64,000 nucleotides of DNA from an uncultured virus (IMG/VR IMGVR_UViG_2061766007_000813) (lineage: Duplodnaviria; Heunggongvirae; Uroviricota; Caudoviricetes): IMG/VR virus record IMGVR_UViG_2061766007_000813, one strand, 5' to 3'. Positions 48,664-56,511 of this stretch are shown piece by piece; position 1 is the stretch's first letter; each line of letters starts with the position of its first letter. A model generated the notes under the pieces. That model was given only the letters and a program-made list of their open reading frames with translations, had not been told where the DNA came from and did no database searches. The position numbers were made by a program, and so were the translations under genes.

Positions 48664-51138
48664 TTAATAAAAGTTCGGAATCTGGTCGAACAAATCCTCG
48701 CAATAGTCCCTGAGCTTCGTCTTCCACTCTGAGTCCTCAGTGTTGATGAGCGTCTTGTTTTCATAGGCATTGAAAGCACCATCATTGGTTATATAAGTAA
48801 AATTACCTACCAGCATGAACATTGAGTTTTCTTCATCACCGTCATATATGTCAGATATTTCTATGCTGATATCATATGAGATATTGTCATCCCAAGACAG
48901 TAAATCCTCAATGTAACTGTGGACTTCCTCGTCAAGCTGGTCATCATCTTCATACAGTTCAAAACTTTCAAACGCCTCTTCAAACACCGCAAACGAAGGA
49001 TATTTCTGCCTGAAATCCTCATCATTCTTCACACGGTCGTCATAAAATGCCTTCAACGCATATCCAACCTGCATCAATGCAAAATGCCTGACTTTAGGAG
49101 GAACACTGTCAAGATATCCGTCGAACACGACTCTTGCGGGGGATACATATCCAGAAAATCTCATTTCATCTGGATTGCTGTCATCTATATCGCCGTAATC
49201 ATCCCCGTATCTCGCATCCTCCATTGTTTCCTTTATGAATTCCAGCATATCTTCACTGGAACGCGGGGCATCATCACCCTCGTACCGAGCAGTAGGATAT
49301 ACAGGTATATCGTGTTCCCAATTGTACAAATCACAGTCCATCTGACTTTCGTACTTGTCAAGGAATTCGTCGGAGAAATCCTCCCCCAAAGCAGCATTCT
49401 GAAACACAGCATACATTCCCTTTGGAGGAGGAAACTTGTGGGCATCGATAATCTGGCTTATCTCGTTTTCGTCAAGACTGGTAAGATTATCGCTCAATAT
49501 TTCATAAACCTCCCTCCAATCAGCCTTGCACAGATACTTGACGCTTCTCCTGTCATTGTCCCTGACATAAATATCGCTGTCGGAATAGCTGTTCGCATCA
49601 TTCCTGCGGTATTCCGAATCCCCCTTCTCCGTCGTGGCGTTGGATTTTTCAAGCTCCGCATTCAGGCTTTTGACAAAACCGCATGACCTAGCCACAGGGA
49701 CATCCCCGTAAATCCTGTTCTCTGACTGGAACACGAATCCGCCTTCCCCGTTTTCAAGCCTCTTGATTGCCACGCGAGCCAACGGCTTCGCAATATCCTT
49801 GTCATCCTCCTTGATGAGGTAAGCCACCATGCCACCGTATTTGACCTGCTTGAGAGCGGTGCTGTAATACTGACCTCCTTCGGAAAACCACCGCATCACA
49901 AAATCGACATTTGTCTTCACCTTGTCCACATCGCAATCGAATATCTTGGCTATTTCCTCATCGCTCTTCTTCTCCTCGCCAAGAATCCCATAATGCATCT
50001 TGAACTGTTGCTTGTCTTCCTGTGACAAAGTGGTTCCGTCCAAATCTTTCTGGGTGACTTCAGTCGGGGCAATCGGAAGATGCATGCACGATGTCCAGTC
50101 GCGGTCGGTTGACATGCCAGCGATATCCTCGGCATTCTGCGTAATGCACATCATCAGACGTGTCTGACCCTTTCGCTTCAACGAACCAGACTCGCGTTCA
50201 TTGAATGCCTTTGACAATCTGTTGAACGTCTCCTTGTCGTTGCGCAACACCTTTTTAAGCACGGTCAGGACTTTTGGAGGATTCTTCTTCTCGAATCCAG
50301 TATCGGATTTCTCATAGCACCATCCAGTAGCATAATCTGGACAGACATAGCCAGCCTTGTCAAGCAAATCGAATATCTCCTTTGCGGAGGCATCGTCCAT
50401 CTTCGACAGTTCCTGTACATGGTGTTCCGACTGCAACGGAATGTAGCATCTCCCATTGGCATCCCACTTGAAGTAATCGCCGAACGAAAGTCCCTCCTTG
50501 CGCTTGTTCTTGAAATGCTCAGCCATCTGCTTCTGGCTTTCCGTCAGATACGCAACCAGTCTTCTGGCGATTATGTCATCCTTGCCAATCTTGGAAATCC
50601 GTCTGGCAATCGAATCCATCGTATCCAGCCTGTCATCCCTGATGACATCGTATGAACACGGGTCGGTCTTCTTCCTGTCGCTGTACAGATGCCCTTCGCA
50701 TCCGCTGAATTCGTATATCTCCTGCGCTATCCGTCTCAGTTCCTTGGCGACAAGATTGCGTTCGCCTTTCACACCCGCTGCCATATCATATTCCTCCGTA
50801 ACCTTCCGTATTCCGAACATCCGCTTGATATTGTCAAGTTTAATGGGGAACACGGTCTTCACTTTCTGCTTGTAGTTTTCAAACGACAGAATCTGCTTGA
50901 TGATGAACTGCTTCACCTGCATGTGCTGTTCGACATCCTCTGCGAACAGGACTTCATTGCCCTTTGAAGTCACCCCACAGTCAATCGGGACGACGACATG
51001 GGAGCGTTTCACAAACTTCTTCTGCTTCTTGTCCCATTTCCTGTAGATGATTCGACCGCAATACGAATACATGGCGCATTTGAGGATTTCCTCCTTTGCG
51101 TCCGAATTCTTTGCGGTTATATATCTTTGATTCTGCAT
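48664..51138 (-). CDS. Large mosaic protein: WYL-like, internal tags, GMSTxRxWTSCM domain with a sigma-4-like HTH insert, acidic tail
   Basis: Start MQNQRY at 51138 is preferred because a promoter motif lies at 51172-51197; motifs were read from the translation. Confidence 0.7.
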   Translation of the reverse strand: MQNQRYITAKNSDAKEEILKCAMYSYCGRIIYRKWDKKQKKFVKRSHVVVPIDCGVTSKGNEVLFAEDVEQHMQVKQFIIKQILSFENYKQKVKTVFPIKLDNIKRMFGIRKVTEEYDMAAGVKGERNLVAKELRRIAQEIYEFSGCEGHLYSDRKKTDPCSYDVIRDDRLDTMDSIARRISKIGKDDIIARRLVAYLTESQKQMAEHFKNKRKEGLSFGDYFKWDANGRCYIPLQSEHHVQELSKMDDASAKEIFDLLDKAGYVCPDYATGWCYEKSDTGFEKKNPPKVLTVLKKVLRNDKETFNRLSKAFNERESGSLKRKGQTRLMMCITQNAEDIAGMSTDRDWTSCMHLPIAPTEVTQKDLDGTTLSQEDKQQFKMHYGILGEEKKSDEEIAKIFDCDVDKVKTNVDFVMRWFSEGGQYYSTALKQVKYGGMVAYLIKEDDKDIAKPLARVAIKRLENGEGGFVFQSENRIYGDVPVARSCGFVKSLNAELEKSNATTEKGDSEYRRNDANSYSDSDIYVRDNDRRSVKYLCKADWREVYEILSDNLTSLDENEISQIIDAHKFPPPKGMYAVFQNAALGEDFSDEFLDKYESQMDCDLYNWEHDIPVYPTARYEGDDAPRSSEDMLEFIKETMEDARYGDDYGDIDDSNPDEMRFSGYVSPARVVFDGYLDSVPPKVRHFALMQVGYALKAFYDDRVKNDEDFRQKYPSFAVFEEAFESFELYEDDDQLDEEVHSYIEDLLSWDDNISYDISIEISDIYDGDEENSMFMLVGNFTYITNDGAFNAYENKTLINTEDSEWKTKLRDYCEDLFDQIPNFY

Positions 51139-51171
51139 CTTGACTAAACGAATAAAGTAATTTTCGCTGAT

Positions 51172-51197
51172 TTTATAAACGGAAAAAATAAACAAAA
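51172..51197 (-). promoter_or_regulatory. Putative phage promoter motif
   Basis: TTTTGTTTATTTTTTCCGTTTATAAA. Confidence 0.45.
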
Positions 51198-51199
51198 GT

Positions 51200-51631
51200 T
51201 CACTTGAACCTTGCCGTATCGACAGCTCCATTGTAATACAGCCACGCGCCCGTGTTCCTGTCGATGCACTTCTTCACGGTCTTGACGGAATTGCGTCTAA
51301 ACGTCTTCCTCCTCCCCGTCCTGCAATCGACGACCTCAAAATACTTCCTGTCCCTGTATTGCCTCATGCGGTACTTAGGCATCGCCACACGCATCCACTT
51401 GCTCTCACCTTCCTTCGTCGTGTAGAACACGAGCAACTGGTGCTTCTTCCCTTCTGGCTCGGACTTGCACTGGTTCATCAGCAGGTCTGGATTCACGGTG
51501 TCAAGCTCCTTTCTGACCTTGACCATGTCGGCATTGCGCTTCATCGGCTTCCTGTTGTACCTGTTCGCGTCGCCGATGCGCTCGACTGCGGAGTAATCCG
51601 CCTTCTGTTCAAGCCTGTCGAACTTCCCCAT
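51200..51631 (-). CDS. WYL-like domain protein
   Basis: VFYTTKEGE...RVAMP...YFEVVDCRTGRRKTFRRNSV. Confidence 0.55.
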   Translation of the reverse strand: MGKFDRLEQKADYSAVERIGDANRYNRKPMKRNADMVKVRKELDTVNPDLLMNQCKSEPEGKKHQLLVFYTTKEGESKWMRVAMPKYRMRQYRDRKYFEVVDCRTGRRKTFRRNSVKTVKKCIDRNTGAWLYYNGAVDTARFK

Positions 51632-52011
51632 TACTTGTTAAGCTCCTTCCTGTACTTCATCATGTCGGCGAGATATGGGGCGATGGCGAAATTCACGATT
51701 TCAGCCATCCCGTCATATGCCTTTCTGTCCTCTTTAGAGACATCCTTCCTGCCAAGCTCGTTCAGGGCACGCAACGCGATTCGGCAACCAAGCACCATCT
51801 GCTCGATTCCGATTTCAAGCTTGGCAACCGCGTCGAATTCCTCGTCAGCCTGCTCTTCTGGAACCTCCATCTCCTGCACGTAAAGCTGTTTGGAGGTCTG
51901 GTCAACGACTTCGACCTCCTCATTCTCCTTCGCCTCCTCGTACTGCATCCACTCCTGCGGAGTCATGGACAACGGGCGGTTAGGGTCTTTTATGGCTTCC
52001 TGAAACGTCAT
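51631..52011 (-). CDS. Hypothetical helical protein
   Basis: 126 aa, AGGAG SD, TAATG coupling to the next gene. Confidence 0.65.
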   Translation of the reverse strand: MTFQEAIKDPNRPLSMTPQEWMQYEEAKENEEVEVVDQTSKQLYVQEMEVPEEQADEEFDAVAKLEIGIEQMVLGCRIALRALNELGRKDVSKEDRKAYDGMAEIVNFAIAPYLADMMKYRKELNK

Positions 52012-52249
52012 CCAAGACTCCTTTTCATCGGGAATTATATACTTTAGTTTCCAATCATAAAATCGGTAAATTATTTTAGATTCAAATTACAAACCACTTC
52101 AGATTAGTACGATTCTTCCATTTCTAGCTTGGGCAAGCAAATCAATGGATAGTTTCCAAGTTCGTTTCATCCAGAACCATCCTCGCGCAATAGAGTGGTT
52201 CCTTTGTCGGAATGATTCTGGATGCCTTATTCATTTTAAAACTTATTTC

Positions 52250-53620
52250 TTACTCCCACTTGTCAGGACTGTCGCCTTTTGGATGGAAATTACCGTCTTT
52301 GTCTTTTCCACCTTCCCATTCACCACCTTCCCAAGTGCCATCTTTCCAAGTGCCATCTTTCCAAGTGCCATCTTTCCAGGTGCCATCTTTCCATGTGCCA
52401 CCTCCCCAAGTGCCATCTTTCCAGGTGCCACCTTCCCAAGTGCCATTCCACCAATTGCCAATTTCCCAAGTTCCACCTTTCCAGGTGCCATCTTTCCAAG
52501 CACCATATTCCCAATGACCGTTTTTCCAAGTGCCATTATACCAAGTTCCAAATTTCCAAGTTCCACCTTTCCAGGTGCCCTTCACCCAATCGCCATTTTC
52601 CCAAGTGCCATCTTGCCAAGTACCATCATACCAAATGCCACTTTTCCAAATTCCACCTTTCCAAGTGCCACCTTTAAAATTGCCAAATTTCCAAGTTCCA
52701 CCTTCCCAAGTGCCATTAAACCAAACGCCAGTTACCCAGGTGCCACCTACCCAGTGACCATCTATCCAGTCACCGTCTTCCCAAGTGCCATCTTTCCAAA
52801 TAAAATCACTAATATCTTTATCAGGCATTGTGAAAGTTGCATTTTGTACCAATGCTATCATTCCTATGCTATGCGCTATTTTTCCACTGAAATTTTCATA
52901 TTTTCCATGTTCCCGAATATATTTATCATTCCAAGTGTTTGGAGCCGTGGTTCTAGTTAAATTATTTCTGTCTTTTCCTTTTTTCCATTTCCCGTCCAAC
53001 CAAGTGCCATTTATCCATTTGCCACCTTCCCAAGTGCCGTATTCCCAAGTGCCATTTTGCCACGTACCGCCTCTAAAATAGCCACCTTCCCAAGTGCCAT
53101 CTTTCCAAGTGCCATCTTGAAATTCTCCTTCAAAAGTACCGCCTTCCCAAGTGCCATTAAACCAAACGCCATACCAATTACCATTATGAGTAAAAACACC
53201 TTTTTTCCAAGTACCTTTCTGCCATTTACCAGTTATAAAAGTACCGTCTTCCCAAATACCGTCATGCCAGATGGCAGAATCATAAAATCTCCCTTCAAAA
53301 GCACCAAAAGTACCGTTTTTCCAAGTGCCATTCTGCCAATCTATTGCACCATCATATTTTATTTCAAAAGTGGCATTTGAAACTTCTCCTTTTGTACGAC
53401 CATATTCCAGTCCTGTGGTGTCAATGGTTCCTGTGAAATTTTTATATTCTCCAGGTTTATATGCGATATTCTGTTTCACGCCAAATGATTCCATATCATG
53501 AAATACCTGGAATCCACTGCCATCACCCTCCTCGTCGAGAGCGACAAGGCTCTTCGCCAGTTTCACCAATTCCTTCGCAATCTTCACGTTATTGTTCATT
53601 TTCTTCTCCTGATATTTCAT
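52250..53620 (-). CDS. Tagged GTWxx pentapeptide-repeat protein
   Basis: MNNNVKIAKELVKLAKSLVA (ATG 53599 or 53620); dozens of GTW[KEQ][DGN] repeats in two homologous modules. Confidence 0.8.
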   Translation of the reverse strand: MKYQEKKMNNNVKIAKELVKLAKSLVALDEEGDGSGFQVFHDMESFGVKQNIAYKPGEYKNFTGTIDTTGLEYGRTKGEVSNATFEIKYDGAIDWQNGTWKNGTFGAFEGRFYDSAIWHDGIWEDGTFITGKWQKGTWKKGVFTHNGNWYGVWFNGTWEGGTFEGEFQDGTWKDGTWEGGYFRGGTWQNGTWEYGTWEGGKWINGTWLDGKWKKGKDRNNLTRTTAPNTWNDKYIREHGKYENFSGKIAHSIGMIALVQNATFTMPDKDISDFIWKDGTWEDGDWIDGHWVGGTWVTGVWFNGTWEGGTWKFGNFKGGTWKGGIWKSGIWYDGTWQDGTWENGDWVKGTWKGGTWKFGTWYNGTWKNGHWEYGAWKDGTWKGGTWEIGNWWNGTWEGGTWKDGTWGGGTWKDGTWKDGTWKDGTWKDGTWEGGEWEGGKDKDGNFHPKGDSPDKWE

Positions 53621-53625
53621 TTTTA

Positions 53626-54186
53626 TTATTTCTTCTTGAATCCTTCCCTGCGGAGAATGCTTTCATACTGGTTGTTGTCTGGAATGTAATATTTGAGCGT
53701 CATGTCGTCTTCTGTCGGAATCCAAGACTTCTCTTCCAAGTTATCTGGTCTGCGTTTGACACCATTCTTGCTCAATGCCTCGTCAATGGATGTTGCAACT
53801 TCTGAACCAGTAATGATAAGGTCGTCGAAATCGAACATGTCCTCGCAATTCTTCCAGCTTACACAAACAGTCAGCACATTGTTCTTTTCGTCCACTTCAT
53901 AGGTCTTTTCAAATTCCATCTCGGCAGCAATCATCAGCCTAGCCATCCTGACAAGGGACTTGGCGATTGCAATCCTGTTGAATTTTGCACTTCCCTTCTT
54001 CAAATCTGGGTCTTTCTTGACATCGAATGAATCTGGGTCGCTCTTCGGCAGACCATGCGGTTTTTTCCTGTCGTCGCGGAGCTTCGACTTGTCATTGTTG
54101 GTACGGGGAGCCAAATCCTTGTCCCTTCTGCGTTGTGCGATTTCAATCTTCATATGCATTCTCCTTTTATTTGCAATAAAACACAA
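53626..54186 (-). CDS. Head-region protein with an internal tag
   Basis: Basic N-terminus, then FNRIAIAKSLVRMARLMIAAE and an acidic domain; likely start MHMKIE after AGGAG. Confidence 0.65.
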   Translation of the reverse strand: MCFIANKRRMHMKIEIAQRRRDKDLAPRTNNDKSKLRDDRKKPHGLPKSDPDSFDVKKDPDLKKGSAKFNRIAIAKSLVRMARLMIAAEMEFEKTYEVDEKNNVLTVCVSWKNCEDMFDFDDLIITGSEVATSIDEALSKNGVKRRPDNLEEKSWIPTEDDMTLKYYIPDNNQYESILRREGFKKK

Positions 54187-54200
54187 TTTGATTCATTTTT

Positions 54201-54227
54201 ATTATACACGGAAAAATAAACAAAAAA
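54201..54227 (-). promoter_or_regulatory. Putative phage promoter motif
   Basis: TTTTTTGTTTATTTTTCCGTGTATAAT overlapping the terminator U-tract. Confidence 0.55.
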
Positions 54228-54259
54228 TCCGACTTCCTTTATCTGGAAGTCGGATTTTC
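54222..54259. terminator. Intrinsic terminator after portal
   Basis: aaaatccgacttcc-tttatct-ggaagtcggatttt. Confidence 0.8.
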
Positions 54260-54273
54260 AATTCAAACCAAGT

Positions 54274-56511
54274 TTATTTGCTTGTCAGGAAATCACCGAC
54301 ATCGTTCTCAAGATGCCCGTTCTGCTTTTCAGGTTCCTCGTCGGCAAGCACGGCTTCCTGCCCGTCGCTGTCGTCCGAAGCATCCTTGCCACCGTCCGAT
54401 GAAGACGATTTGCCAAGAAACGAGTCAATGTACTTCTCGGCATTCTCGTCGTCGTTGTCGCCAACGATGTTGTCAAGATACTCCTTAGCCTTGTCGTCAG
54501 ACGAACCGCCATTCCCCTGCGTGAAACTGTCGATGTAGTCGTTCACCTTCTCGTCGGTGGTCTTGCCTTCGTCTGGATTCTCACCGCCTTCATCTGGCTT
54601 TTCCCCTTCTGGAGTTTCCTCATCCAGATTAAATCCGTTTTCATCGCCTCCTTCGCCAGCAGGCTCTTCACCGCCTCCGCCGAGATTGTCAAGGTCGAAA
54701 CCGCTACCCGCTTCCTCGCCTCCGCCACCAGGCTCGCCACCCATGCCGAAGGACTCGTCTCCGCCTTCACCGCCTTCCTCGTCGGCATCCTCGCCCGTGT
54801 ACGTAAGTTTCTTTCCATTCGGACCAACGATGCTTTCGGCAATCTGCTTCACGAGGTCGGTGTTTTCAACCAGCTTGTCGCCCATAGACGAATACGCCTG
54901 ACGGAGCATCTCGTTGAACGTGGCATCCTTGACCGTGAACAAGTCCTTCCTCAACTCGTCGTCCACATCGTCGGAATTGATATTGAATACATCCAGCACC
55001 ATGCCAATCGGCAACGACCCCTTCTGGTACAACTGGAAGAGCTGGTCGAACACCTCCTGATTGTCTCGGATGGTGAGGCGCGTGAATCCGAGTTTCGGAT
55101 ACAGCCACGTGCGGTTTCCGTCCTCGTCGTCTTCATAGAATCCATTCTGGAGGGCTACTGGTCTGAACAGGGATTCCTCGACGAAACGCTGGAGCAACTC
55201 CCTTACCAGCAAATACTTCGTATTCAGGATTTCGATGGAAATCTTATTGCCAGAATACATGCCTTCGCCCGTGAGCAATTCCCTTGTCACGCCAAGACCA
55301 GCGAACAACTGGTTCTCAATCACTTCATTTTCCCTTTGAAGGTCGATGAGTCGGTTCTCCGCACCGAGCTGTTCCCACTGCACCTGATAATTCGTGATGA
55401 TGGCGTAGTCTGGCGACAGCATCGACTGGTCAACCTGGTCTCGCAAATCGTCCAAAGCATCGGCAGGAATATTCTCCGCCATGATGAGGTTTCTCGGAGT
55501 CATGTTTCTGGAAGCCAAGCTCAACTGCGTGAACATGTAATGCGTCTTCTGCAACAGCGATGTCATGATGCATTCCAAAGGCGACACGCCCAAGTCCTGA
55601 TACTCGTGGCGTTTATGGGCGAAGTGGAACACGAACGAACCAATCTTGTCGTCGCCGTCGCCGTGGTACGGGTCGGAGTCGAACTTCAGTATTCCGTTGT
55701 TCTCCTTTATCTGCTTGACAAATTCATAACTCACACCCTGCAACACCGTCTGGTCTTCCTCGGAAAGATTCTCAACAGATGCAAGATATTTCTCATAGGA
55801 CTCGATATTCAAATCATACTTCATGATAGTTGAATTCAAAAGTTCAGGACGATACTGAATCATCTTCATGTCCGACATCGGATAATTCGCCACATTCACT
55901 TCCTCTGGTGGCAGAATGGTCAGCTTGTCCCAGCGTTTCTTCTCCTCGGAATACTCCACAAACAAGAATGCATTGCCTATCACATTGTATTCGAACAAGA
56001 TAGAATGCAGTTTCTCATACAGATGAATGTCCTCTACCATGTTCTCATAGAACTTCTGGATTTTCTTCGACTTCTCCTTATCCTCCATCTTCGGCATGCG
56101 GAGGATGAGACGGCTCAAAGGCAAATCCGTGTTTAATTCGACGGCAGCTTTAACATACGGGTCGGCCCTAAAAAAATACCTATAGAATTCATACTTCTCT
56201 TTCAGCGTCGTGGGGTAGTACAAGACACCGCCGTTCATCTCGTTCATCAATGCGATATATGGTGGCACATCCCCCATTCCACCACTTCTACCCCCGTTCA
56301 TATACGTATTATTATAGAAAGTGGAAGAAGCACCTATCATGGTGGGTCTTCCAAAACCACCAAAACCACCCCAACCAAGATAGGAAGCGACCTTTTCCTT
56401 GTTCTTGTCAGGCTTTCCGACAGTTACATTTGCATTTGGAACCCCTTTTGGACTCGAACTTGCAACTGGTATCTTTTTATATGAAGCCTTTGTAACTGGT
56501 ATTCGTTTCAT
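54274..56511 (-). CDS. Portal protein
   Basis: 745 aa; YRYFFRADPYVKAAVEL, EYNVIGNAF, GVSPLE, LFAGLGVTRELLTGEG and a Gly/acidic C-tail; between terminase and head genes. Confidence 0.85.
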   Translation of the reverse strand: MKRIPVTKASYKKIPVASSSPKGVPNANVTVGKPDKNKEKVASYLGWGGFGGFGRPTMIGASSTFYNNTYMNGGRSGGMGDVPPYIALMNEMNGGVLYYPTTLKEKYEFYRYFFRADPYVKAAVELNTDLPLSRLILRMPKMEDKEKSKKIQKFYENMVEDIHLYEKLHSILFEYNVIGNAFLFVEYSEEKKRWDKLTILPPEEVNVANYPMSDMKMIQYRPELLNSTIMKYDLNIESYEKYLASVENLSEEDQTVLQGVSYEFVKQIKENNGILKFDSDPYHGDGDDKIGSFVFHFAHKRHEYQDLGVSPLECIMTSLLQKTHYMFTQLSLASRNMTPRNLIMAENIPADALDDLRDQVDQSMLSPDYAIITNYQVQWEQLGAENRLIDLQRENEVIENQLFAGLGVTRELLTGEGMYSGNKISIEILNTKYLLVRELLQRFVEESLFRPVALQNGFYEDDEDGNRTWLYPKLGFTRLTIRDNQEVFDQLFQLYQKGSLPIGMVLDVFNINSDDVDDELRKDLFTVKDATFNEMLRQAYSSMGDKLVENTDLVKQIAESIVGPNGKKLTYTGEDADEEGGEGGDESFGMGGEPGGGGEEAGSGFDLDNLGGGGEEPAGEGGDENGFNLDEETPEGEKPDEGGENPDEGKTTDEKVNDYIDSFTQGNGGSSDDKAKEYLDNIVGDNDDENAEKYIDSFLGKSSSSDGGKDASDDSDGQEAVLADEEPEKQNGHLENDVGDFLTSK

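Noticed and set aside
52145..53380. Plus-strand and alternate-frame repetitive ORFs (FPSAI, CHLSK, QVPSF, GKMAL, RWHLE)
   Set aside because: These are shadows of the 15-bp repeat. The GTWxx frame has the tag, cap domains and operon orientation.
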